A DNA stretch of 64,000 nucleotides from IMG/VR virus record IMGVR_UViG_3300002835_000027, positions 1-64,000 of that record; one strand, given 5' to 3'. The notes under the pieces are model-generated. The model saw nothing but the letters and a program-made list of their open reading frames with translations, ran no database searches and was not told the origin of the DNA. Position numbers and translations under genes: made by a program. Of the stretch, positions 49,600-58,848 are shown piece after piece. The number at the start of each line of letters is the position of its first letter. Within the stretch, counting starts at the first letter, position 1. The stretch comes from a virus (taxonomy: Duplodnaviria; Caudoviricetes).

Positions 49600-49883
49600 T
49601 CAAAATCACTCGTAAAATCAGATTCTAATTTAAGTCGCTCTTCTAGCGACAAACTAGTCGCATGCAACCATTTTTGAACAACTATTTCATCACTCGCGCC
49701 ATGATATCCATTTGCTCTTAGATACCGAATAAAATCATCGTCCCAATCTAATTTTAATTCAATTCCTCTAACTGGATCAATTTTATCACTAACTATGCTA
49801 AAATGATTTTCTTTTTTCTGTTTTATCGATTCATTAACTTCAGATTCAGCCTTATTTTTAAATAATCTTTTAAATATATTCAT
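49596..49883 (-). CDS. Hypothetical protein
   Basis: LKLDWDDDFI.YL..NGY.G.SDE.VVQKW; coupled to rnh. Confidence 0.7.
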   Translation of the reverse strand: MNIFKRLFKNKAESEVNESIKQKKENHFSIVSDKIDPVRGIELKLDWDDDFIRYLRANGYHGASDEIVVQKWLHATSLSLEERLKLESDFTSDFE

Positions 49884-49895
49884 TGAAATACCCTA

Positions 49896-50588
49896 TTATG
49901 ATTTTTGAGGGATATAAAGATCGATACCTTTAGTATTAATTTTAATCATCCCTCGTTCGGTAATATAAAATTTCTTAGCATCGCAATCGGTAAATGCTGA
50001 TAATATAGATTTAATTGGGTACTTATAAACAAAATTAATATCTGAATTATCAACTAAATTATATGCGAAGCCTTCATTATACAGTAATTTATCATTATTT
50101 TCGTCCTGTAATTTATATTGAACCGAATTATTATCACACATAATCATAATAACGTCAGTTTTCATTGCATTTCGTCCTTTTTTAAGGATATTTACTAAAC
50201 TTTCTTCTATAGAAACTTCAAATAAATCATTTACTTTTGCACTAGTCGGTGCTTTAATTGCTAATGTATTAGCGCAACTATATTCTAAATTTAATCTATC
50301 AGTCGTGATAGATATCTTATCTGCATCCATATCCTCTGATTTAGTATGACATTCAATAATAGCATCATTCGAAACTAAATTTAATCTACTTAATAAAACA
50401 TCCATTCTATTAATACCAATCGATTTACATCCGATATTAATATCGCATTCTGTTAATATAGCGGCAGTGCGATCTTCATTGATCCCTCTAATAATATTAG
50501 GCTCTATAATAAATGATTCGATACTAAATAATTTAGCGACATGAACTGCATTTAATATTATATTTACTGTATTTTCGTCTAGTACCAT
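49896..50588 (-). CDS. Probable sliding clamp (gp45-like)
   Basis: 230 aa, two-domain alpha/beta pattern, immediately downstream of the polymerase. Confidence 0.55.
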   Translation of the reverse strand: MVLDENTVNIILNAVHVAKLFSIESFIIEPNIIRGINEDRTAAILTECDINIGCKSIGINRMDVLLSRLNLVSNDAIIECHTKSEDMDADKISITTDRLNLEYSCANTLAIKAPTSAKVNDLFEVSIEESLVNILKKGRNAMKTDVIMIMCDNNSVQYKLQDENNDKLLYNEGFAYNLVDNSDINFVYKYPIKSILSAFTDCDAKKFYITERGMIKINTKGIDLYIPQKS

Positions 50589-50597
50589 CTCAATTCC

Positions 50598-53195
50598 TTA
50601 AAAATTAAATAAATCTTCTGCTTGTAATATCTGCATAGTCGGTGTTTTTAAATTGATTGCTTTTAAAATATTATCTAATGGTTTATCTACTAATCTATTA
50701 ATTTGCTGATCTTTATCTATTTTAGGAATAAAATCATCAATAAACCATTGTGGTAAATGTTCTAAATCAGTCGGTATCGCAATCGATTTAAATTTACCTA
50801 TTGCTCGTTTTAAATAATAAACTTTAATTTTAGATCCAGAACCAATCGGTTGATTTTCCGTATCCCCATACTGAACTAAATTAATATTAAAAAATATACT
50901 TGCTGCTGCGCCACCAGGAATATTAGCCTTACTACCTAAGTTTTCGTATAATTCAGTATACTCCTCTACTTTATTAACGCCTTTTGGTAATCCCATTTCT
51001 AATAAATTTTTAAAATCATTTAACTCTTCTTTGTATGCGACAATATCTTTTGCAATATCATTCCAATCTTCACCCAACAATAAACGTTTAATAAAACTAG
51101 TTAATTTTGCAGCTACTGGTTTAGGTAACGTAGTTTTTTTAATATCTAAACCCATCGTTTTCATTTTATCGCTAGCTTTACCTTCATTATCAACTACATG
51201 TATAGTATAACGTTTTTTCTCAACAAATATACTACTATCGCCGACAATTTCACGCCCGCATTTAATCATTTCATCAAATACTGGTTGACATAAAAAAGCT
51301 TGTTTCATAAATGGTTGATATGATTTATTAACTTGGTCTGCTACTGCATCAGCTATTTGAATCGCTTCGTCTTTATCGTTAGTAGGAACTACGAAATATG
51401 TACTATCAGTATCGCCGTAAATAACCGTTTCTGATTGGAATTTACCATTAAATATAGGACCAGTTAATGAAATATCATAAGTTAATGTATTCGGGTGATA
51501 ATATTCTTTACGTTCTGCAGTTAATAAATCTAATACACTTGATCTATCATTATGAGTAGAATTCGCCATATATTCTTCATCAAATGGATTATTAGCTAAG
51601 TATTTTTTACTATGTTCCTTATTTAATTCATCGATAACTTTGTTATTTTCATATAATGGAAAATCAATATTATAATTACCTTCGATTAATTCATTTACTT
51701 TACGACATTGATGTCTTAAAATCATTCGACCAGTACCAGTTACGGATTCGCCAGATTCTAACCTAAAGAACCTAAAGTTATAATTACTTAGACATCCATA
51801 AGTTGAATTTAATTTAATTTTAAAGATAAATTGAAATCGATCATAATGTTTAGCTTCTTCTAAGTATTTTGTATATAACGCCTGATCCTTACCTTTATAT
51901 TGTTCTGCTAATTTTTCACACTCTTTCTTTTTAGCTTGATATATTTTTCGCTGCGTATACCAAGTACCTAATAATGACGGGATAACACCCTCAAATTCTT
52001 GAGTATAAACCGTTCCGTATCCACTAACCGACCATTTCTTTTCTATAAAGAAATCAATCCACTCCGTAGTTAATCTAGTTTCATACGAACCATCTTCATA
52101 TCTTAATGTTAATTCGCATTCTTTATATTCAGCAATACAAGCCCAATCTTTAATATTATTAACGAATTGCCCGCGAATAGTTTCCGGGCTAATATTGATA
52201 GCTCGAATAGCCGATGGATATAATGAATTAATATCAATTGATGCAATCCATCTATGTAGTCCTCGTTGCGGAAATAAAACGTAAGCTCCTTGAATCGAGC
52301 CATCCGCAGTATCCCATCTATCAGGAACTCGCTTGTTTAATTCGTAATGACAATAGTTGATAATAGCATTATCAACCATTCGAACAGTTCCGAAAATATG
52401 AGTAAATTGATTAGTACTAGTATGAATCATATCATTAGCTAATCGGATATATTTTAATTTAGATTCGAATCCGGCTAGAATTTCGGTATCGCGAACGTTA
52501 TATCTTAAAAAATGATTAAAATCATTTACGTATAATTGTTCTAATGTTCCAGGATATGATAATTTCGCTAAATGCGGTAAAACATCTTCAGATATAACTT
52601 CTAATTTATAACTTTGCCTTTCAACAACTTCGAATTTTTTAAATAATTCGAGATAATCTAATGATACCCTACCGCTTAATTCTACTTGTAAATTTTCTTT
52701 ACCTTTAACGAAAACCGATCTATATATTGGAATATTCGCTTGAGGAAAACTCATTCTTTTTAAATGATGTTCACCTAAAACCATTTCAATTCGGCGGCAA
52801 ATATACGGATCATCGAAGCCCGAACTATTCCATCCGGATAATAAACTAACGTCTTCTATTTCATCTAAAAATGACAATAACATATCGGATTCATTTTTAA
52901 AAAAAATAATCTCAGTTAATTCAGATAACGAATTATCAAAATTATTTAAATCAAAACCTGGGGGTGGGACGGCAAATACTTTTGATTTAGTAAGCCATTC
53001 TTTATGCATCGATATTGCATTAATTGGGGCGTATGGATTTAATGGACTTGAAAAACCCGTCGGACCACTATATTCATATTTTGAATTAGTATACGAAATC
53101 CATTTTTTAGTTTGTTCGTCGTATATTTCAATTTGTTCTTGTTGTTTTTTAGGTAATTGTCGAATTTCACCCAAAGTGACTTCTAAGTTATCCAT
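50598..53195 (-). CDS. Family B DNA polymerase, large C-terminal part (ExoII, ExoIII, polymerase domain)
   Basis: SGWNSSGFDDPY, YNVRDTE, SIDINSLYPS, KIKLNSTYG, YGDTDS, KKRY; lacks the N-terminal domain and the ExoI DxE. Confidence 0.96.
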   Translation of the reverse strand: MDNLEVTLGEIRQLPKKQQEQIEIYDEQTKKWISYTNSKYEYSGPTGFSSPLNPYAPINAISMHKEWLTKSKVFAVPPPGFDLNNFDNSLSELTEIIFFKNESDMLLSFLDEIEDVSLLSGWNSSGFDDPYICRRIEMVLGEHHLKRMSFPQANIPIYRSVFVKGKENLQVELSGRVSLDYLELFKKFEVVERQSYKLEVISEDVLPHLAKLSYPGTLEQLYVNDFNHFLRYNVRDTEILAGFESKLKYIRLANDMIHTSTNQFTHIFGTVRMVDNAIINYCHYELNKRVPDRWDTADGSIQGAYVLFPQRGLHRWIASIDINSLYPSAIRAINISPETIRGQFVNNIKDWACIAEYKECELTLRYEDGSYETRLTTEWIDFFIEKKWSVSGYGTVYTQEFEGVIPSLLGTWYTQRKIYQAKKKECEKLAEQYKGKDQALYTKYLEEAKHYDRFQFIFKIKLNSTYGCLSNYNFRFFRLESGESVTGTGRMILRHQCRKVNELIEGNYNIDFPLYENNKVIDELNKEHSKKYLANNPFDEEYMANSTHNDRSSVLDLLTAERKEYYHPNTLTYDISLTGPIFNGKFQSETVIYGDTDSTYFVVPTNDKDEAIQIADAVADQVNKSYQPFMKQAFLCQPVFDEMIKCGREIVGDSSIFVEKKRYTIHVVDNEGKASDKMKTMGLDIKKTTLPKPVAAKLTSFIKRLLLGEDWNDIAKDIVAYKEELNDFKNLLEMGLPKGVNKVEEYTELYENLGSKANIPGGAAASIFFNINLVQYGDTENQPIGSGSKIKVYYLKRAIGKFKSIAIPTDLEHLPQWFIDDFIPKIDKDQQINRLVDKPLDNILKAINLKTPTMQILQAEDLFNF

Positions 53196-53230
53196 AATAT
53201 ATTTTTAATTAGGTAAATTTAATTTATTAT

Positions 53231-53259
53231 ATTATACTTGAAATATTGATTAAAATCAA
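53231..53259 (-). promoter_or_regulatory. Sigma70-type promoter for the large polymerase fragment
   Basis: TTGATT-17-TATAAT on the minus strand. Confidence 0.75.
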
Positions 53260-53265
53260 TTATTT

Positions 53266-53862
53266 TTAAACTGATGCTAATATTCTAGTTGCGTATGCAT
53301 TGCCGAATTTACAGGTCGTAGTTAACCAGGGGAATGAATAAAAATTAAATACTTCTTGTGTCGCTGTTGTTCTGATAGTAAGATACGGTCTATTCGGTGC
53401 ATTAGTTGGCGTATCTGGAGAGAACATTGTAGTATTAGTTCTAGTAAAAGATGCTGGATTAGGAACCGAAACATTAGATTTATATCCTTCACTATCCGGA
53501 GTAACTAACATTGGAGATAAACCAATACCACTTATCGGAACATCATAAGTAACATTTAATTTTAGATCTTTGTATATTTTAATATTATTAATGAAGTTTG
53601 CAACTTCATTCGCAGATTGTTGATTTTCAAAAACGGCGTATCGCCATATTTGATTATTAATATAACTATTAACACTACTATCAGAATATTCCGCCCATAC
53701 TACATATAAAACTGAATTTCGAACTATAGTGCCTTCATACGTCATATTATAATTATTACCAGTATAATCAATTACCATTGATGATAAAGTATTAGTATAC
53801 GTATAACCGGGCGGAGTATACACTAGATTTTGTGATATATTAGCCCTCAAATAAGTCGCCAT
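53266..53862 (-). CDS. Hypothetical protein between the polymerase halves
   Basis: GGAG RBS; ATAAATA at 53893-53899; Tyr/Thr/Asn-rich; no nuclease motif recognised. Confidence 0.7.
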   Translation of the reverse strand: MATYLRANISQNLVYTPPGYTYTNTLSSMVIDYTGNNYNMTYEGTIVRNSVLYVVWAEYSDSSVNSYINNQIWRYAVFENQQSANEVANFINNIKIYKDLKLNVTYDVPISGIGLSPMLVTPDSEGYKSNVSVPNPASFTRTNTTMFSPDTPTNAPNRPYLTIRTTATQEVFNFYSFPWLTTTCKFGNAYATRILASV

Positions 53863-53895
53863 ACTACTCCGCCGATTGATTTAAATAAAAATTAT

Positions 53896-54177
53896 TTATC
53901 GTTTCACTGGTTGGGATAATGCGTAAGCTTTAATATAATCCATAGGGTCATGATATGCATCATTAGTCCACCCCAATGCGGCGTATGCTTCGAATCTAAT
54001 AGCGTGGTGTTCATCTGCTAGTGCATCTTTAGTAAAACCTAATTTGCGATATGCATTCAATCGAACTACTGGATCAGAATCTTGTAATGATTTCGTTGGG
54101 TATCCATTTCTATTATAATGTTTTAATTTATTTTGACGGCCTGGAAATGTATCATATTCTTTCGGATCTAAAATCAT
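53896..54177 (-). CDS. Small LRV/HEAT-like repeat protein between the polymerase halves
   Basis: Three repeats G[YFW]...[SA]L.D....[VI]R..AY..L; AGGA RBS. Confidence 0.65.
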   Translation of the reverse strand: MILDPKEYDTFPGRQNKLKHYNRNGYPTKSLQDSDPVVRLNAYRKLGFTKDALADEHHAIRFEAYAALGWTNDAYHDPMDYIKAYALSQPVKR

Positions 54178-54189
54178 TTTATTTTCCTA

Positions 54190-54609
54190 TTATTTTGGTT
54201 TCATTCTTATTTTAACAACAGTTTCATCGGGGAACGTCTGCGATTTATAATCAACCTCAATATCATATAACATAATATTAAGATCGGGCGCTGGTTGATT
54301 ATAATAATACTTTGATAATACTTTAGTATCTACGCCTATATCCGATTCGTATAATTTTTCACCTCGTTCTTCGATAAGCATTTTTTTAGCTGCTCGAAAA
54401 TCTCGAAGATTATCGAATTCGTATTTCTTTAATTTATCATTAAAAATACTGGTATGTTCACCTTCTTCATCATTCTTCATAAAAAATTCGAATATACCCG
54501 GATATTTTTTTAGTACGTGTTTATGATCGATACATTCCCAAACATAAACTTCATCACCTTCAACGAAACCTTTATCATTTCGTTTCATCGTTGCTGATAT
54601 ATAGCCCAT
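54190..54609 (-). CDS. Family B DNA polymerase, N-terminal fragment with ExoI motif
   Basis: YISA, VYVWE, SIF..KL, KLYESDI....KVLSKYY...PAPDLNIMLYDIEVD. Confidence 0.88.
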   Translation of the reverse strand: MGYISATMKRNDKGFVEGDEVYVWECIDHKHVLKKYPGIFEFFMKNDEEGEHTSIFNDKLKKYEFDNLRDFRAAKKMLIEERGEKLYESDIGVDTKVLSKYYYNQPAPDLNIMLYDIEVDYKSQTFPDETVVKIRMKPK

Positions 54610-54611
54610 AC

Positions 54612-54806
54612 TTAATCCTCTATTTCGTTATCTACTTTTGGTATTTTTTTAATACTGGATAATGGGCGACTAATACATAATCGATAATCCCCATTATCCA
54701 ATATTGCTTGTATTATACCATTATTTCGATAAGTAGATGAAATAACTTTAAACCTGCCGGATATACCAGTAACTATAACATTAACGCCAGCTTTTAAATA
54801 TTCCAT
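54612..54806 (-). CDS. Hypothetical protein (small SH3-like beta protein)
   Basis: AGGT RBS; tightly packed in the operon. Confidence 0.55.
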   Translation of the reverse strand: MEYLKAGVNVIVTGISGRFKVISSTYRNNGIIQAILDNGDYRLCISRPLSSIKKIPKVDNEIED

Positions 54807-54818
54807 CGCAATACCTAC

Positions 54819-55097
54819 TTAATCATCAATTCCCATAACACTTTCATATAATGCTTCGAATTCACTATATTCAGCTTGGGTTTCACTAAAATTATTTTTA
54901 TGATATGTTTTTGTCATCTTTCTAGCATGTTTCGGAGCAATTTGTAATTGATCTTTAATTGCATCAAAAATTGATTTCATTTGATCTTTTTGATCGTCGA
55001 TTCGTTGCATACATAAAGCCGCTTCCTCGATCATACCTTTTAATTTTTTAATATCGGCTGGGCTAGTTGGTAAAATTAATTCAGATGTATTAGTCAT
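54819..55097 (-). CDS. dsbA: Double-stranded DNA-binding protein (T4 DsbA-like)
   Basis: KLKGMIEEA..CMQRID...DQMK.I....K......PK..RKM.KTYHK..F...E..EFEALYE. Confidence 0.8.
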   Translation of the reverse strand: MTNTSELILPTSPADIKKLKGMIEEAALCMQRIDDQKDQMKSIFDAIKDQLQIAPKHARKMTKTYHKNNFSETQAEYSEFEALYESVMGIDD

Positions 55098-55144
55098 TTT
55101 TAAATATTCCTATATAAAAGTTAAAGTACTATAGTACTAAAAAT

Positions 55145-55173
55145 ATTATAATACATTTATAATTAAAGATCAA
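55145..55173 (-). promoter_or_regulatory. Sigma70-type promoter for the dsbA-polN operon
   Basis: TTGATC-17-TATAAT on the minus strand. Confidence 0.75.
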
Positions 55174-55175
55174 TC

Positions 55176-58100
55176 TTACGGTCTACCAAAACCAGTAGCA
55201 TCTCGCTTACTATGAGTTCTAGTAGCTACTCCACCACCCGTTGTATTCCCCTCTACTGAATTAAAGGTACCGTCTCCATTATCTTTAACTACTATACCAC
55301 AATGTCCGATATTACCATCATTGTGGGTATAGAAAACAATATCGCCTGGTTGTAATTGGGTACTATTATTAATCCATTTACCTTGAGATTTAAATTGTGA
55401 GGCCATAGCCGAAGTTAGAGGAGTCATTGGAACTGCAGCACCGGCTCGTTTAGCACACCACATAACAAACGCAGCGCACCATGCTTTATGATTGGTACCT
55501 GCTTCAGCTCCGTATTTCGTATCATTATTTGGACCTTCTTTAAATCCAACTTCACCTAAAGCGATTTGAACTAATTTACTATTACCGCCCCCAGATGTCG
55601 GTTGTACTACGTCTGGATTAGGTCCGTCGGTTACGGTACCACCATATTGATGATACAATTTAATTATAGTTGATATTTTTGAACTCGGCATCGATGACCA
55701 TTGATTACCTAATGCATTTGATTTATGTGCAACTGCAGTGTTTATCTTACCGGCAATAACCAAATCAAGAATACCGATACTTTTTAATATTAATTTACAT
55801 ACCTTATCTTGACTAGCTTTACTAAAATCAGATTGCTTATGATCATTAAATGTAGTCCATACTATTTGATATCTACCTGAAGCTGTTGATTTTCTACCAT
55901 CTTTATAAACGAATGGTTGATATTTTAATGGATAACTTGGATCAAACGGATGATGGCTATAATCATCGAATGTTCTACGTCCACTTATCATAACTAATTG
56001 ATTATATCCATCATCGCCAGCTAAATCAGTTTCTAATTTACCTATAGTTTTCATAAATGCGGTTAAATTATCATTACTTTCTGGTGTACTATTTGGATCT
56101 CCGTTACTACCATTACCCAAGCCGCCATTACCACCACCGCCACCCCCACCAGCTCCTCCTTTTTTAGCCGGTTGATTACTATCTTGCATACCGTCTGAAG
56201 CTGGAACTGGACATAATGTTAATATTTGAGTAAATTCACCTTTACTAAATTTACTATCAACTTGATAAACATAATATGAATCTTGATACCATCCCGGCGT
56301 ACTATAATAATTTTCGGCAGATGCATCAGAACCGCCTTGCATATATGACGGTTTTGGAACTCGAACGTTCACTTTACAAGTCGGCATGGATTCCGAAGTT
56401 CCGTATTTGTTATTATGATCTTCGGTTACTTTTTTTGATTCTTCTGCTGATTTACTAGTTCCGTCGGCATTAACGTACGTATCATTAGGTGGCGTATAAC
56501 CAGCTAATAATAATGGATTACCGATTATTTTTAATGAATGTTTTTCTGCGGTTTGACCAATAATATCAGAAATTACTTTTCTAGATTGAAACAATGTTTG
56601 TGGATCCATTGATCCAGATCCAGCTCTAGTTGGATCCATTACTGGAGGTGATATCGGCGTATTAGCTAATCTATTAGATGGAACCGTACCTATCGTCGGA
56701 TTTATTGCTCCGGTTTGTTTTTTATCACCGTCCGTTTCTGCCGGATCAGTTATATCTTTTACATTATCATTTAATTGCTTATTAGTTATAACAGATTGTG
56801 GATGATAATATTTAAAAGCGTGACCTGAACTCCAAGAACCATTATAACTCATATCAAATTGCAATATATCTAAATTTTTACCAGTATAGATATAATCATA
56901 TTCTAAAACTGATGGTAATTTAGTATCATCAGTTGATACTTGATTATTATTTTGAGTATTGCTTACAGCTGGGTCTTCTTTACTTTGAGCTGCTACTTTA
57001 TCGTCGATTGATGCTTCGGTTTCCATAACCGTTTTTTCAATAGAATAAATTAACGTTCTAGCTTGTTTATCTTTATTAAAATACGTATATGATTTAATAA
57101 CTGGTTTATAAAAAACTTTATCGCCCGATATATTATATTCTTCTCGGATTTTTGGACATAAACTAATAATTTTTTGTATTGAATCTAATATATGTTCTCC
57201 GATCGAAGTATTTAATATTATATAATCGACTTCTTCATTTGCAACGTCGGTTTTATTATTTTTATTATTAGCTGGCGTTACTTTACCGCTATGTTTACCA
57301 CCACCTTGTTCCATTCTGGCGACGGCGTTAGTCATAGCCTCGTTAATTTTTGGATCTGTAAAGTCTACATTCTTATCATCTAATGAAACGCCAGTTTGTT
57401 TCGATAGAAATTGAGCATAAGCTTCTGGATTATTTTTACCGTCACCTTTTGGTGCATATCTATTAGTAAACGCCCTTAAACTATGAATACCATGTTTAGA
57501 TGAATATAAACCAATTTGTCTACTTAATGCCTTTCTTCCTTCTTCTGGGGTTGCATAAGATTGAAATCCTTTACCGTTAGTATTTCTTATATTACCGATA
57601 TTATTATTCGATGGGATATTATATCCGGCCATATCAGTTAATGATGGGCTTTTTGCAGTGGAATTCGCGGCATTAGGAACTTTATCCGGCGGTGTTGTAT
57701 TATTAGTTTTTGGTGATGTTTTTGGAGGAGCTACTCGCTGATCATCACTAACTTCTAAAACATATTCATTTGATTTATAAGCTTCGTCTAATTTAATTTC
57801 GCATAATTGATTTGGTTGGACCAATGAAGCTGATTTATTTTCTTCTGATCGTTTATTAACCGACTCTTGTAATTTTTGTAATGCGTCGGATAATAATGCG
57901 GTTGATTTATATGAAACCCCACCAGTATTCATCGATGCGGAACTATTAGCTGCGTCGTTAAATAAACTAGCGCATTTTAATGAATAACTAGTTCCCTTAT
58001 TTGATAAGGTCATCGACATAGTAGTTATTTCAAATGGGATTACATTTATACTATCAATTACGTGGGGTTGATTATTATTATAATCATCTAAATAACCGAC

Positions 58101-58562
58101 AAAAATAATTTTTAATCCGAAAGTTAAACTTTCAATTGCCATTGATATATCAGCGCCGTCACTAAGTCCGGCAGATGATTGTGCAGCTATTAATAATATA
58201 GCTGGGAAATCCATAGTAAACGGTTCTAAAATGGACATATTTAGAAGCGTCATAACTTCTAAACTAAAACCTAAGCTTTTCTCGGGTGTATTTTGAAATA
58301 CGTGAGAAATCTCCAAATCCACAATACTAAAATCGGCATCTTGCATTGAATTGTAAATAACCGAATATTTGTTCCCGGCTGATGTTGTTTTTGCAGTATA
58401 TCTATCTGCTGCATTATCTGGGTGTGAATATCTACTTAAATCAGATTTATCTTCTGTATTATCGATATCAGCGAATGTGGTTTCAACTGATGGGCCGGCT
58501 AATAAAATAAAATGATATGAGTAGCTTCTATATTTGTGGAGTGGATTTGGTGTAGCTGACAT
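55176..58562 (-). CDS. Baseplate hub-like protein with three peptidoglycan-hydrolase domains
   Basis: NPLHKYRSYSY start; lysozyme-like NNIGNIR..F.TPEEG..RYAP..NNP.AY; lambda-type lysozyme AFMKTIG.LE..GYN..STASGRYQI; CHAP WCAAFV.W..GHCGIV..EGN. Confidence 0.82.
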   Translation of the reverse strand: MSATPNPLHKYRSYSYHFILLAGPSVETTFADIDNTEDKSDLSRYSHPDNAADRYTAKTTSAGNKYSVIYNSMQDADFSIVDLEISHVFQNTPEKSLGFSLEVMTLLNMSILEPFTMDFPAILLIAAQSSAGLSDGADISMAIESLTFGLKIIFVGYLDDYNNNQPHVIDSINVIPFEITTMSMTLSNKGTSYSLKCASLFNDAANSSASMNTGGVSYKSTALLSDALQKLQESVNKRSEENKSASLVQPNQLCEIKLDEAYKSNEYVLEVSDDQRVAPPKTSPKTNNTTPPDKVPNAANSTAKSPSLTDMAGYNIPSNNNIGNIRNTNGKGFQSYATPEEGRKALSRQIGLYSSKHGIHSLRAFTNRYAPKGDGKNNPEAYAQFLSKQTGVSLDDKNVDFTDPKINEAMTNAVARMEQGGGKHSGKVTPANNKNNKTDVANEEVDYIILNTSIGEHILDSIQKIISLCPKIREEYNISGDKVFYKPVIKSYTYFNKDKQARTLIYSIEKTVMETEASIDDKVAAQSKEDPAVSNTQNNNQVSTDDTKLPSVLEYDYIYTGKNLDILQFDMSYNGSWSSGHAFKYYHPQSVITNKQLNDNVKDITDPAETDGDKKQTGAINPTIGTVPSNRLANTPISPPVMDPTRAGSGSMDPQTLFQSRKVISDIIGQTAEKHSLKIIGNPLLLAGYTPPNDTYVNADGTSKSAEESKKVTEDHNNKYGTSESMPTCKVNVRVPKPSYMQGGSDASAENYYSTPGWYQDSYYVYQVDSKFSKGEFTQILTLCPVPASDGMQDSNQPAKKGGAGGGGGGGNGGLGNGSNGDPNSTPESNDNLTAFMKTIGKLETDLAGDDGYNQLVMISGRRTFDDYSHHPFDPSYPLKYQPFVYKDGRKSTASGRYQIVWTTFNDHKQSDFSKASQDKVCKLILKSIGILDLVIAGKINTAVAHKSNALGNQWSSMPSSKISTIIKLYHQYGGTVTDGPNPDVVQPTSGGGNSKLVQIALGEVGFKEGPNNDTKYGAEAGTNHKAWCAAFVMWCAKRAGAAVPMTPLTSAMASQFKSQGKWINNSTQLQPGDIVFYTHNDGNIGHCGIVVKDNGDGTFNSVEGNTTGGGVATRTHSKRDATGFGRP

Positions 58563-58846
58563 TAAATTAATCCCATATGAAATCGTTTGATTGTTGGTAA
58601 TTGAATTTGCAATCCTTCTACTAATTCATTAACCTCTAATATATTATTATATTGCATAACGAACCAAGCGACGTCACTTCTACCGAAATAATCGAAAGCG
58701 ATCATATGGGGTTTTTTACTGTATTTTTTATCAATAGTAATAGTTATGTCATCATATGACTTAGTAAAGATTTGTCTATTCCACCAACCGGGTTTTTTTA
58801 GATCGTCTACCGACCCACCTATTTTATATCTACTATATTGATTCAT
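58562..58846 (-). CDS. Baseplate wedge protein, gp53/LysM-like
   Basis: KYSKKPHMIAFDYFGRSDVAWFVMQYNNI.....L.EGL.I.LP. Confidence 0.8.
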   Translation of the reverse strand: MNQYSRYKIGGSVDDLKKPGWWNRQIFTKSYDDITITIDKKYSKKPHMIAFDYFGRSDVAWFVMQYNNILEVNELVEGLQIQLPTIKRFHMGLI

Positions 58847-58848
58847 AA

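Noticed and set aside
53196-54189. Group I/II intron or ribosomal hop joining the polymerase halves
   Set aside because: The interval is filled by two ORFs with RBSs and very short AT-rich spacers; no intron core is recognisable, and the downstream half has its own promoter. RT-PCR would be the final test.
53064-54237. Functional canonical split intein
   Set aside because: Only ~60 aa in total, with no block B TxxH, block F or terminal HN; kept only as an intein-like remnant hypothesis.
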